This document shows, in pieces, positions 19,841 to 30,893 of a DNA stretch of 64,000 nucleotides (the stretch's first letter is position 1; the number at the start of each line of letters is the position of its first letter). The position numbers and the translations under genes were made by a program. The stretch lies in NCBI GenBank assembly GCA_000002445.1, contig CM000208.1:2816001-2880000 (forward strand), written 5' to 3'. Under the pieces are notes generated by a model. That model was not told the origin of the DNA. It saw only the letters and a program-made list of their open reading frames with translations, and made no database searches. This DNA is from Trypanosoma brucei. Lineage: Eukaryota.

Positions 19841-20162
19841 CAATACCGAAGATTTTTGAATAAGAGAACATGTACGATGTCCCTCATGCCAACGAGCAAG
19901 GTGTCGGACGTCGGGTTGTGACTACGCCTGCAGGGTGGAACCGATTGTTTTTTGTTTTTTCACCTACAGAAGAGCCAGTTGCTACGGTTGTTACGCTCAA
20001 ATTCAGTGAAGATTTACTGCTACTGCTCGCTTTTTCTTTTTTCACTCCTGTTCCCCCTGACAATTGTGAAGAAGACCAGTGTAATTATCAGCACTCGATA
20101 CAAAGTAAGGGAGTGAAAGTGGAGAATAAAACCTAACAAACCGACCACTGCAGGTGATTAAA

Positions 20163-20945
20163 ATGTTATCAGGAAAGGTGGCGCTTGTTACTGGATCGAC
20201 CAGTGGTATCGGGTTTGGAATTGCGAGGCAGCTGGCGGCAGCTGGTGCCGACATTCTCCTCAACGGAAAAGAATCTTCCCTGAGGGACGCGAGTTTGTTG
20301 GAAAACTTGGAAAAGTACGGGCGACGTGTTCGCTACTTTGGTGCGGATAACAGGTGCAGACCGGCCCTCGAGGATATGGTGAAGTATGCAGAGGACGAGC
20401 TTGGCAAAGTGGATATTCTGGTTAATAACGCGGGGATACAGCATGTCGCATCCGTGACTACACTCCCAGCGGAGAAATGGAATGATGTCATCTCTATAAA
20501 CCTTAGTGCATCTTTCCACACCATACAACTTTGCCTACCGCGCATGCAACAACGGGGTTGGGGCCGGATAATCAACATTTCTTCCGTCCATGGCATAGTT
20601 GGTTCGGCTAATAAAGCGGCGTACTGCGCTGCCAAGCATGGGTTACTCGGTCTTACTAAAGCAGTTGCACTAGAGGTCGCGACAACAGGCGTCACTTGCA
20701 ACGCCGTGTGCCCCGGCTATGTTCGCACACCTTTAGTTGAGGTGCAAGTGAAGGCCATCGCCGATGCAAAGTTTAATGGAGATATTGAAGCCGCGAAAGT
20801 TGAGCTTCTGCGGGAAAAGCAACCTTCAAAGAGCTTCATAACAGTTGAACAGGTTGGGGATGTTGTACTGTGGCTCGCGAATCCGTCTTCCAGTCAAATC
20901 AACGGCTCAAACATTACAGTGGACGGTGGCTGGACAGCACAGTAG
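20163..20945 (+). CDS. short-chain dehydrogenase/reductase, bacterial-type 3-hydroxybutyrate dehydrogenase-like
   Basis: The track start at 20154 is GTG; the ATG is at 20163 (MLSGKVALVTGSTSGIGFGIARQLAAAGADI, the Rossmann TGxxxGxG). NNAGI motif present. Catalytic S ... YCAAKHG (YxxxK) present. PGYVRTPL present. The N-terminus is almost identical in pattern to bacterial BdhA (MLKGKVALVTGSTSGIG). T. brucei has a described beta-hydroxybutyrate dehydrogenase of this type. Confidence 0.85.
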   Translation: MLSGKVALVTGSTSGIGFGIARQLAAAGADILLNGKESSLRDASLLENLEKYGRRVRYFGADNRCRPALEDMVKYAEDELGKVDILVNNAGIQHVASVTTLPAEKWNDVISINLSASFHTIQLCLPRMQQRGWGRIINISSVHGIVGSANKAAYCAAKHGLLGLTKAVALEVATTGVTCNAVCPGYVRTPLVEVQVKAIADAKFNGDIEAAKVELLREKQPSKSFITVEQVGDVVLWLANPSSSQINGSNITVDGGWTAQ

Positions 20946-21872
20946 GAATAAGGGCCAAAGATACTCCTCCCCCCCCCCCCCCAAAGAAAAAGGTGGAGGA
21001 CAACGTCTTTAATATGAGTGATACACTTTTCCTCTTAACATGGAGTCCACACGTGGTGTGGTTGTGACAACTTCAACCTCAAAGGAGGAAGAGGACGGTA
21101 CTAGTGTGTGTCAACGAACAAAGACATCTTATAAGTGAGGGGAGAGGTTGAATTATTATTGACTCATTTTTATCCAAGTTCGTCGACTTTTTCCGTGGCT
21201 TTTCCTCCACATTCGCTTAAACAAATTGTTGTATATTGCGGGATTCGCGTATCAACCCCAACTCTCCACCTTCTTCGTGATCATGGCGGGTCGTTCAAGC
21301 GAGTGCCGTTCCCGCCATACTCTCGTCACAAGCGTGTAGTTTTTCCTGTGTGCGCTTCCACACCCCATCAAGAAACAATTGGAAGTCAACTTTAAAGCAC
21401 AATGTGTTCTCAGTTGTGTTTACACATGTTTATGTGTTTGTGCGTGTGCGCGTGCGTGTTTGCGTAAGGGGGGTGTCGTTTGTGGGGAGATATGAAGCTG
21501 TGCTGTGACACCCGTGAAAGAAGGCGATGCAACTCTGTGCGGGAAATTTGTAGTGTGACCTTTTTTTTTTCTTTTTGCGCATGTTCTCACGAAGATACAC
21601 GCGCCCAAAACTGTTGTCATCCTGTTAGTCGCTATAAGTGTATATGCAGCCCCATGAGGGAGTGATTTTTTTTTGTTTCTTCGTTTTTGTTTTTCGTTTT
21701 TAGTGGACCACAGAGTATTCTATTCCAATCGCTGAGAGTTAAGCAAATATTTGAAGCGCGTATTGCGTGCCTCGTTTCGCTACCTCTCCTATGTTGGTGG
21801 TTGCTATTTTTTCCCCTTTGCTGTGGGATGAATATTTTTTGCTTGCTCTTTATCTTTTTTTTCCTCATTCAA

Positions 21873-21893
21873 TGTGTGTGTGTGTGTGTGTGT
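21873..21893. repeat. (GT)n microsatellite
   Basis: gtgtgtgtgtgtgtgtgtgt lies in the intergenic region upstream of the ABC1 kinase gene, embedded in a long T-rich tract (21660-21870). Confidence 0.8.
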
Positions 21894-22081
21894 ATGGGGG
21901 AGGGGGAACGAAAAGAAAATACTTACTGCACGCCACCTTTCCATTTGGTTTCTGTATAGCGAAGAGGAAGTGAGGGCAAAGTGGAGGTAAACAAGAGCAA
22001 GGTGTTTCTCAGTCAGAGACGTGAGGGGGTAGAGGGACGCTCTTTTTTCCCCCTAATTTATAGTGGTGGAGTCGGTGAAAG

Positions 22082-24046
22082 ATGACGCTATGGAGTGCGA
22101 CGCGTATGTTTAAGCGTACATCTACCCGTTTCAGTGCTTCCATCACTCAGTGGCTCTACATGAACTGCAGGAACCGTTGTTTCTCTCAGTGCTCGGCTTC
22201 CATGCGGAGGGGGTCACGTGCACTTGCATGGGGACGACGGATGCTCCTTTGCGCAGTCGCTGTTACCACCTCTTACGTCTTCATTGATTATGCAACCGCT
22301 CAGTCAATTACTCGTTCCATGCGGGCATTAATCACAACGGCACGCGTAGTATACATGTACAAGGGGGCAACACCCGAAACATCTGAAGAACGTTCTAACC
22401 TTCACCGTGCAGCCGCTTTGTCGCTTCTTAACCTTTGTTTGAGGAATGAAGGACTTTACATAAAGTTGGGGCAGTCACTAACGGCTATGAACCACATATT
22501 GCCATGGGAATACATCGATGTTCTCACCGTTTTGTTAGATAGAGCTCCGGTTGTGCCCCTCGATGAGGTCCGTAGAATCATCCAGGAAGAGACGGGAAGG
22601 TCATGTGAAGAGCTGTTCGTTCGTTTCGACCCCAATCCCATAGCATCCGCCTCAATTGCACAGGTGCACCGGGCTCTGATGCAGCCGTCGGATCCAATAC
22701 AGTCCCCAGTGGAAGTTTGTGTAAAGGTGCAGAAACCCCATATTCGGCGTCAAGTGTTTTGGGACCTTCAAACGTACCGTTTTGTTTTGCATGTACTGGG
22801 CGCTGCATTTAATATACCCGTTGCTTGGATGAAGGAAACTGTCGTTGAAGGCATCCGCCGTGAAGTGGACTTTTCCATAGAGGCGAGAAATGCTACTCGT
22901 ATACGACAGGATTTTGCAGACCGCAGGGATTTGTATGTGCCGGAGGTGTATGGGGATCTTGTTACCCCTCGGCTACTTGTGATGGAGTGGGTAGATGGAG
23001 TGAAATTGGTCGACGTGGTGGCTGTGCGGGAGCAATTTGATGAAGTGAAGGTTCTCCAAACCGTCTTCGGTGCCTTCGGTGACATGATTTTTAAGAGCGG
23101 CTTCGTGCATTGTGATCCTCATGGGGCAAACATTCTTGTGCGTCCACAACCATATCCAATGGAAGAGGAGGCGTCTGGAAAGTCGAAGGAGTTGAGGCAG
23201 CCAGGTGGGAGGTGTTGCAACCCGCAGGTCGTTTTGTTGGATTTCGGGCTGTGCTGCCCCGAATCAGAGCGGTTCCGCCTTGAGTACGCTCTTCTGCTCA
23301 AGGCGATGATAATGCAAGACATGGTGACGGTGAGGAAAATAGTTTATTCGTGGGGTGTCGACGACGAAAAAACATTTTCAACCCTTCAGTTGCGTAGGTC
23401 TTACGCATCCCTTCACCGAAGGAACTGTGGTGAGATGACAAGGGAGGAGGCAATGCACATGCACAATGAAGAGAGGGAGCGCATTATGAATGTGCTGAAG
23501 AGGGAGGAACAGTTACCCTGTGAATTAGTTCTAGTTGGAAGAAGTATTGATATTCTTCATGGGGTTAATCGTCTGTATGGTGGGCTTGTGAACCACATGA
23601 GGGTTTTTGGTCGCCGTGCAGTTTCAGCACTGGGTCGTCTTAATACATATGAAGATATTCAGCTCTACTTAACGCATCTCGTTGGCCTTTCCAACGGTAA
23701 TGCAGGAGAAGAGGCAATTCCGCCGTGTTGTAGTGGCAAACTCTTGTCTTTATTTGACCCTACACTCGAGCACCAACGGCGTGAAGAGGCCGCAGCCGTT
23801 CTTAAGTTTCGAAGTGGGGTAACCGCTGCTTTTCGTTACCGAGTCTGGGAGGGTATTATCTCTTTACTGATGTTGTTTCAGTTTGAGCTGGCACTCCTCT
23901 TTTTGGATGCCTACCACATGTTCATTCGGTGGTACAGCAAAGTGTTTGAAGTATCCATTTGGAACTGGATGGATGCGCGTTGGCAGAGGTTCATAAAGGC
24001 GGGGTGTTGTGGGAAGAAGGAAAACAAGTTTTATTCCATACGGTAA
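22082..24046 (+). CDS. ABC1/UbiB-family atypical kinase (ADCK / aarF-domain-containing kinase)
   Basis: ATG start, 654 aa. Family hallmarks include ASASIAQVHRA and VKVQKPHI (lysine motif). DFSIEARNATRIRQDF and VMEWVDGVKL also present. The catalytic FVHCDPHGANILV and DFGL motifs are intact. Confidence 0.85.
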   Translation: MTLWSATRMFKRTSTRFSASITQWLYMNCRNRCFSQCSASMRRGSRALAWGRRMLLCAVAVTTSYVFIDYATAQSITRSMRALITTARVVYMYKGATPETSEERSNLHRAAALSLLNLCLRNEGLYIKLGQSLTAMNHILPWEYIDVLTVLLDRAPVVPLDEVRRIIQEETGRSCEELFVRFDPNPIASASIAQVHRALMQPSDPIQSPVEVCVKVQKPHIRRQVFWDLQTYRFVLHVLGAAFNIPVAWMKETVVEGIRREVDFSIEARNATRIRQDFADRRDLYVPEVYGDLVTPRLLVMEWVDGVKLVDVVAVREQFDEVKVLQTVFGAFGDMIFKSGFVHCDPHGANILVRPQPYPMEEEASGKSKELRQPGGRCCNPQVVLLDFGLCCPESERFRLEYALLLKAMIMQDMVTVRKIVYSWGVDDEKTFSTLQLRRSYASLHRRNCGEMTREEAMHMHNEERERIMNVLKREEQLPCELVLVGRSIDILHGVNRLYGGLVNHMRVFGRRAVSALGRLNTYEDIQLYLTHLVGLSNGNAGEEAIPPCCSGKLLSLFDPTLEHQRREEAAAVLKFRSGVTAAFRYRVWEGIISLLMLFQFELALLFLDAYHMFIRWYSKVFEVSIWNWMDARWQRFIKAGCCGKKENKFYSIR

Positions 24047-24647
24047 TTTTGACGATAAGTTGTTTCTAAATTTGTAGGGTGAAAGTCCATGAAAGGTGAC
24101 TCACCTTACACGAGTATAATTATTCTGAACCCCGTGGGTTGTCGCGGTTTAATTTTTTTTATTTTGCATAAGAGTACTGATATTTACAACTTCTATAAGT
24201 GCTTAACGTTGATTCTGAGGTTCTTCGTAGTACTTTATCCTTCTTGCACTCCTGCTACTTACTTGTCATATCTTACATCGTATATCATGCGCGCTGCCAT
24301 ACACTTGTCCATTCTCTTTGTGTGTGTGTTTTGCGTTTGTATGTGTTCATTGTCGCTCCTGTTATTATTATTGCAGCTATAGTTTGATGCGGTTTTCGTT
24401 CTACCGTCAACGCTATCTCGAATTTTGTTGCTGTTGCTGTAGAAAATACGTTATTTTTCCCTTCCCTGAAATTGCGAGGCTCTAGGCATTTGTTGTTGCT
24501 TCTCTTATTTGTCAGGCTTGACACTCCTCCTTAAATTGCTGTACGGGACTGGGGCCCATCAGACCATTTGCCGTTTGAAAGGAAGGTAACAAAAAAAAGG
24601 AGGAAGGAAGTACACAATCACATTGGATAGAGCAGAAAGAGAGAGGA

Positions 24648-25256
24648 ATGAAAAGATATATTCAACACAAGGAAAGTCTACCCGCGCAAGTGGGCATAAA
24701 GCGATACCGCACCACGGCAGCAGAGGGCGCCACCCTTGCATCGTCCACCGCACATGGAGGTGATACGGCGGAACTGGTAGATCGTGGTATCGAGAGCGGA
24801 GTGTGCCACGAACATGAAGAGTCAAATGGGGGCAACGTACAGAGTGTGGAGAAAAGAACTCCCTCACTAGAGCCGACATGCGCCGACAGTGACAGCAGCT
24901 CTGAAAACGAAGATGATTATGACGAGTTAAATAAGGAAAGATTGCGGCTCGAGCAGATGCAACGGGATAAGAAACAAACTGAGGACAGAAAGGGCTCGAT
25001 CGGTGGGAGCGCCACTGGTACTTTCTCACCTCGGTCAGAGAAGATGGGAATTGCCGGAAACGGCAACAGTGCTGTGGGAGGGGTTTCCTCATACAATCAT
25101 GACGTTTTATTCCGTGGTGGTAAGTGGAGGGATAAGAATCACGAACCTGCTGAGAGTGAATCGAAGAAGAAGAAAAAGGAAAAGTGGGAGGCAGTTGTGA
25201 ATGACACGCAGCGTTCCGCTGCGTACCAGCACTTTATGAAAAGTTACTTTAAGTGA
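24648..25256 (+). CDS. hypothetical acidic/charged protein
   Basis: ATG start, 202 aa. Highly charged (DSDSSSENEDDYDELNKERLRLEQMQRDKKQTEDRK; KKKKKEKWE). No family assigned. Confidence 0.4.
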   Translation: MKRYIQHKESLPAQVGIKRYRTTAAEGATLASSTAHGGDTAELVDRGIESGVCHEHEESNGGNVQSVEKRTPSLEPTCADSDSSSENEDDYDELNKERLRLEQMQRDKKQTEDRKGSIGGSATGTFSPRSEKMGIAGNGNSAVGGVSSYNHDVLFRGGKWRDKNHEPAESESKKKKKEKWEAVVNDTQRSAAYQHFMKSYFK

Positions 25257-25902
25257 AGGGAAGCGGACGTATACTCTCGCATTCGTGACATGGAGGGGTT
25301 CCGTGCAACGCTATTTTTTTCAAAAAAAATGGTTGGGGTGTTAAGACCGCTTAAACGGTCTTTTGTCGTACCATGCGAGTAAAATTATTCTCGGTTGGCG
25401 GCCGGTGTGTCTTCGGTGTTCCGGAGGTTGGTCCCATCTGCTGCATCTTTCTTTTGGATGAGCACTCCCAATTTCACTGAGTTACTTCCACGTGTCCACG
25501 TGTTGATGAATGGTGGCTGTGTCTTTTCTCCAACGTAGCGTTTAGTGCGCTGAATGCCGCTCTTTCAGGCGGTGTGTGACGAAGTTGTTCTTTCATTTGG
25601 TAGTGTATATTTCGTGCTTACCATGTGACCCCTCACGTGCTTCGGAAGTTTTCATTTGTCTAATTCTGTTGGGGAGCTTTGTGTGTGTGGTTGGTGTTCC
25701 TGGTATACTGACATATCGAATGGCGGCAAAGGAAGCCATGGAAACAAACTTATTCATAACTGTATGCCAATATACATTTAAATCTATATCCATATATGTA
25801 TATATATATATATATATATACTATCTGCTATGTGCAGTGTTTTACCCATTTGTACACTGCCTTTTTCTTACTCTTTAAGCTGCTGATAGCGGTAATACCC
25901 TG

Positions 25903-26880
25903 ATGAAGTACCTGGAGAATACCACTACTATTGTAAAACCAAATGGGAAGAAAAATGGCCTTACGAAATCGTCTAGTGAATGTATCAATTATTCCTTGTG
26001 TGAGGGCGCTGACTGCAACGCAAGGGCAGATTTGCAGGAGGGAGGCGCTAGCTGCCCTTGTTCACCACCGCTAGCTGCGGAAAGAATGGGTTGTGAACAG
26101 CAAAAATACGCCGCATCATCTCTTGGAGATGGACAACATAGAGGAAAACGCGGGCGCGGTGGCGAAGTTAGTAACGGGAACTGCGAGAATGTTTTACCTG
26201 AAGCATCTCCGTGTGTGAGCGCGGAGGTATCAGCTTCTTCAATTGTTCACAGTGCTGTCGCCGTGGGAGCATCCCCCGTCACACTTGAGTCGAGGAAAGA
26301 GACGGAACGGAGGGGTAAACGCATAAGTTGGCACGACGACGAAAACGGTGGCGTGGAGTCTGACTCTTTGAGCTCATCGTCCCTCCGCTCGGGTGCTAAG
26401 AGGAGAATTGACAACATGTTCATTTACCCGAGGGAACAACTTAGTTTACCCAAGGTAATTACAGAAAATACACCCTACTGCGAAAGGCAAAACGACGATG
26501 GAACATCTTACATCTCGTACAAGCTTCAGGGCCCTTCCCGTCGTTTCACAATGTGGAGACAACGACCGGTATCAGGAGATTGTGAAGGTAGAAAGGAATC
26601 GAAATTTGAGGATCAACCATGTGGTAATCGACCGCACAAAAGGATTAACTCGCTATTTTCATCCATATATGAATCGTACGATCCCAAATCTGATGAGCAA
26701 ACTGTGCAGCTGCGTATAGCAACGTTTGATGAGGAATCTGAGGTTAATGGCGCTTTGTGCGCTGGTAATTTGCAGATGCCGTTTGCATGCGTGTCGCGTA
26801 TCACTAACGACCCAGTGCCAATTCCGCTTGCGCCTTCAACTGAACCAAAGAACGCTCAAGTAAATGGGCAACACAGTTAA
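25903..26880 (+). CDS. hypothetical protein
   Basis: ATG start, 325 aa, coding-like composition. No motif recognised. Confidence 0.4.
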   Translation: MKYLENTTTIVKPNGKKNGLTKSSSECINYSLCEGADCNARADLQEGGASCPCSPPLAAERMGCEQQKYAASSLGDGQHRGKRGRGGEVSNGNCENVLPEASPCVSAEVSASSIVHSAVAVGASPVTLESRKETERRGKRISWHDDENGGVESDSLSSSSLRSGAKRRIDNMFIYPREQLSLPKVITENTPYCERQNDDGTSYISYKLQGPSRRFTMWRQRPVSGDCEGRKESKFEDQPCGNRPHKRINSLFSSIYESYDPKSDEQTVQLRIATFDEESEVNGALCAGNLQMPFACVSRITNDPVPIPLAPSTEPKNAQVNGQHS

Positions 26881-27458
26881 AAAAGACGCGCACACATTTA
26901 TAGAGGGGGTGCGTTTCTTAATAATTTGCACTTATCTATTTTTATGTTACGCAAATCATGTGAGCAAAACTCTGGAATTGTGAAATATTGTCTTGACAGG
27001 GACGTGAACAGTCGCAGAAACAGTCAAGCGCGTTCCCTTTTACTGTTTTTATTCCTTCCGCTATTGATACGCGTGCACCCGTGTCTTTGTGTCTGCCCTA
27101 TGTTCACTCGACGCGATTATCTTTTTCTTTCGACATCGCCGCTAGAAGAGTCACACCGCTATTTCTTTTGAACAACAGCGTTCCTGCTTCCAGAGTGTTG
27201 TATTTCTTTCTGGTCGTTGATGATAACACACTAGCAGCTCAGCGTCACGATCATCAATTTGCCTCCGTCCATTTGCTTTTTCTTCTGCACCAATTTTTGG
27301 GTTTGTTCCGACTGCAATCTCGCTTTTTAAAAGAAGTCAAGAATAGCTTCGCTTTCAGCACTTTAATCATTGGTAAGCGTATTTTAACGACAAATAAACG
27401 AAGGGGAAAGGAGAGGGTGAAAACAACATCGAGGCGAATTCGTGTAGTGTTCTACGAA

Positions 27459-28748
27459 ATGCAACAGTCAATTCGGCTTGCTGATCGCCTCGCGGATGTG
27501 CCACCGTATTCCGTGTGGACAGAAATGACACCCCTCGCCAACAAGCACGGGGCTGTTAACCTCGGTCAAGGTTTCCCCAATTTTCCTCCACCCGATTTCC
27601 TCTTGAAGGAAGCCCATCGTGTGTTTGATGAAAGTGTTGTGACACCAACGAACCAGCAGTATGCGCGAACGCAGGGCAACCTGGAGCTTGTGTCCGAACT
27701 GAAGCGTATATACGCAAAACATCTTGGGTGGCCCGATATAGGTGACGAGAACATCGTCATTACCAACGGCACAACTCAGGGACTGAACATGGTATTTCAG
27801 GCTATTGTCAATCCAGGCGATGAAGTGATTACATTTGAGCCCTTCTACGACGCTTACCAATGTGACATCCAACTGGCGGGTGGTGTGGTAAGGTTTGTGC
27901 AGATGATTCCTGGTTCTACAGGCCTTGCGGACTCGTGGACCTTCAGTGAGGAGCAGTTACGGTCACTGATAAACCCGCGGACAAAAGCTATACTTGTCAA
28001 CACACCACAGAACGTTCCCGGGAAGGCGTGGACGCGGGAAGAAATGAATATTGTCGCATCCCTTGCTTTGGAGCATAACCTTATCGTTGTGTCCGACGAG
28101 GTGTATATGCATCTTGTGTACGCGACCCCGCATCCCATTGAGGGACAGAAACACTCGCATCTCTCAATAGCAGCGTTGCCGGACATGCGTGACCGCTGCG
28201 TCACACTGTGCAGTTCTGGTAAGACGTTTTCGGCTACGGGCTGGAAGATTGGCTGGGCGGTGGGCCCCACGAAGCTTATTCAGGCTCTGAGCTTGTTGGA
28301 ATTGTACCAAACATTCAACGTGGCCACACCCTTGCAGATTGCAACGGCCCGCGGCCTTCGCATTGCGGAGGAAGTCGGTTACTACGAGAATCTTCTCTCG
28401 CAATACGAAAAGCGTCGGAAGCTCCTTTGTGACATGCTTGCAAAGAATAACTTACCCCCAACCATACCCTCAGGTGGGTTCTTCGTTCTAGCGGACATCT
28501 CACTTGTGGACCCCAAGCATTATCTTGACCCCAATGAAAGGTCGGTTGGTCGAGACTGGCAGTTCTGTCGGTGGCTCACACGCACATTGAAGGTGTGTGC
28601 GATCCCTGTGACTGCTTTCTGCCAGAAGGAGAATCGCCCGGTATATGATAAGTTCGTTCGGTTTGCTTACTGCAAGAAGGAGGAAGACATTATAGAGGCT
28701 GGCATACGCCTTGAAAGACTGAGCGAGTACCTGCTTCCTGCCCATTAG
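27459..28748 (+). CDS. class-I PLP-dependent aminotransferase, kynurenine aminotransferase / cysteine-S-conjugate beta-lyase family
   Basis: Track ORF 27081 starts with GTG, and its N-terminal ~126 codons are hydrophobic junk; the first ATG is at 27459 (MQQSIRLADRLADVPPYSVWTEM). LGQGFPNFPPPDFL matches KAT/CCBL (human LGQGFPDFPPPDF). The PLP-lysine region SSGKTFSATGWKIGWAVGP matches GSAGKTFSATGWKVGW. NTPQNVPGK also present. Confidence 0.85.
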   Translation: MQQSIRLADRLADVPPYSVWTEMTPLANKHGAVNLGQGFPNFPPPDFLLKEAHRVFDESVVTPTNQQYARTQGNLELVSELKRIYAKHLGWPDIGDENIVITNGTTQGLNMVFQAIVNPGDEVITFEPFYDAYQCDIQLAGGVVRFVQMIPGSTGLADSWTFSEEQLRSLINPRTKAILVNTPQNVPGKAWTREEMNIVASLALEHNLIVVSDEVYMHLVYATPHPIEGQKHSHLSIAALPDMRDRCVTLCSSGKTFSATGWKIGWAVGPTKLIQALSLLELYQTFNVATPLQIATARGLRIAEEVGYYENLLSQYEKRRKLLCDMLAKNNLPPTIPSGGFFVLADISLVDPKHYLDPNERSVGRDWQFCRWLTRTLKVCAIPVTAFCQKENRPVYDKFVRFAYCKKEEDIIEAGIRLERLSEYLLPAH

Positions 28749-30035
28749 TAAAACCTTCAATTGAATTGGACATCAGGGATCTGTGGCCGGCCATTTTTTG
28801 TTCGCTTTTGTAGGAGGAGGTTTACCCTTTCATTGTGCAAAACGTAGTCCGTATTTATCTTTCAGCGATACGAGATTCTTTTTTATGTTACTTTCACTCG
28901 TCTATATTTTTAGTACAATGCGGCCGGCCAGGATAAACTCATGCTTGCTTTTCGTACTTTCTCCGGTTTTCGAAAACATTTTCTTTTCTTATTCAATAAT
29001 ATAACCTTTTATTTAGTTTTTTATTTCTTCGTTTTGCCATACATTAATTTTTCTTCCTCTTGTGTCTTTTCCCCCCGGCGCGGTGCGCCGTTGCAGTGAA
29101 TTTTTGTGGCCGACGTTCTGCGTGACCGTTATTTGCCCTCTCTTGGATCCATTTCTCCCTTTCTATCAATTTTAAAGCGAAAATAATTATTTTCCGCTAT
29201 TTTTATCGATCGGATTGCTCCCCCCCCTATTTCTGAATTGTAGGTAATCTGTGTCTGTGCATATGGTTTTGCTTGGTTCAATACACTGTGATGAAAACGT
29301 GTTTCGCTCCATATTTGAGCTGATGCTATGCAACCCTATTGTAGCGCAGGTGTCGACACTGAAGAAGGAAAGGAAATGAAAACAAATGAGAACATGATAA
29401 CTGTTGAAGGGTGTGAATGTATTTCTTCCCTCACAATCTCCTTAGTGAATATTTTAACGTTTACGTGTTGCGTCGTTAAGTGATGAGCACACCGAGTTGT
29501 GGAAAAGGGGTAGTAGTATCTGACATATTTTCCGAGAAAAGTACTTTCAAGTTACTTGGATACGGGAGTCACTTACCTCTTTCCGGGACAGGGAGTTAGG
29601 CGTCTTGGAAGTCCGGCTGAGAGTGATGTAGGGCAAAAAGAAAACGAGTAGCCAATTTTTTTTTGTGTGTGTGTCTTCACAAACCCGATTTTTATGTGCC
29701 GTCTCCATTCCTCAAATTATTTTTATGAAAGGCTGGTACGACAGCGTGGTGATGTATGCAGTTTCCCCTAGTTTTTTTTCTCTGACTCACCTTTTTTTTA
29801 AAAAAAAAGTTCCGTGTCATACTGTTGGGTGCCGTGTGGGAGTATATGGTGGCCAACCTGTTATCTCCTTTATCTTCCTCTTTCTCCGTTATGTTATACG
29901 CATCAACGTTTTCTTTTCAAATCTACTCCTTCTATTTCTGTTTCTACTTCTTTATTATTATTTTTATTCTCGTGACATTGTCTTCACTGTTGTTTCACAC
30001 CCCCGAAATCGTTGTATTTTGAATACCAGCTTTCC

Positions 30036-30893
30036 ATGGATACTTCCTCGGAGCTGTTTATTAGAGACAGATTTCCCGAGTTTGTATGCAAACGCAGTGC
30101 ATTATGCGGTAGCGGGGTTCAATCATTGCCATATGTATCATCAATTGCGGTTGATTCAAATGTCGAAACCGTTGGTTGTGGTAACCCTCCCTGGTGCCGT
30201 GCAGTGGAGGGATTTTCTGCACTTGAGCGAACTGTTCGGGAGAAGCTGAAGCGTCTCTTCGAGCGACAATACGAGTTTCTTCAACCCAAATTTGTGTCCG
30301 ATGAAGAAGAGGAGAACATGAAGCAGGGAGAAATTGGCAAGGAGGCGCAAGAGGTGCAGAAACTGTTGAAAGAATTAGAACGGATGGTTTCAGGATGTGA
30401 CCTCCACCGACGCGCGCCCAGTGAGGATGAGCGAAGGGTTTCTTGTAATGTCAAGAGATACCTCTCGCTTCATCTCTTGGAACTTACTCAAATGTTCAGG
30501 GGAGGGCAAATATTATTCGCAACAAAGTTGAAGCAGCGAGAAGAGAAGGTGAATCGATATAAGTTGATTGGCTCACCGGAGGCACACAGGCGGATGGAGC
30601 AGGAAGACCGAATAACGCACTATCTCGAAAAGGGTTATACGCAAACAGATATTAAAGAGCTTCTACTCGAGGATGAGCGTGAGCAGCGCGTCGGTCGAGA
30701 AATTAGCGAAATCGTCGAAAGCATTAAGGAACTTCATACCGTGTTTGAGAGCCTTAACTCGTTGGTAGTTGACCAGGGTTCTGCCTTAGACCGTATTGAT
30801 GTTGCCATTCAACAGACGAGAACTAGTGTGGCTGATGGCGTCACTATGTTGAAAGACGCACGAAACAATTCGAGCAGTTGTACACTAATGTAA
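30036..30893 (+). CDS. syntaxin-like Q-SNARE lacking a transmembrane anchor and ending in a CaaX-type motif (CTLM)
   Basis: Track start 30012 is TTG; the ATG is at 30036. The C-terminal SIKELHTVFESLNSLVVDQGSALDRIDVAIQQTRTSVADGVTMLKDA fits the t-SNARE heptad pattern with a zero-layer Q (VVDQGS). An N-terminal coiled-coil region resembles a Habc-like domain. The ORF stops 9 residues after the SNARE motif with ...NSSSCTLM and no hydrophobic tail. Confidence 0.6.
   Translation: MDTSSELFIRDRFPEFVCKRSALCGSGVQSLPYVSSIAVDSNVETVGCGNPPWCRAVEGFSALERTVREKLKRLFERQYEFLQPKFVSDEEEENMKQGEIGKEAQEVQKLLKELERMVSGCDLHRRAPSEDERRVSCNVKRYLSLHLLELTQMFRGGQILFATKLKQREEKVNRYKLIGSPEAHRRMEQEDRITHYLEKGYTQTDIKELLLEDEREQRVGREISEIVESIKELHTVFESLNSLVVDQGSALDRIDVAIQQTRTSVADGVTMLKDARNNSSSCTLM

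Noticed and set aside
20966-20980. Homopolymer runs: C13 at ~20966, G10 at ~19826, C12 at ~54480 and ~54581
   Set aside because: Short homopolymers in intergenic or UTR sequence. Most likely ordinary low-complexity sequence or homopolymer length uncertainty from sequencing. No functional inference is justified.
27081-27458. N-terminal 126-codon extension of the aminotransferase ORF given by the ORF track
   Set aside because: It begins with GTG, which is not a valid eukaryotic start. It is hydrophobic and low-complexity without homology. Aminotransferase similarity begins right after the first ATG at 27459.
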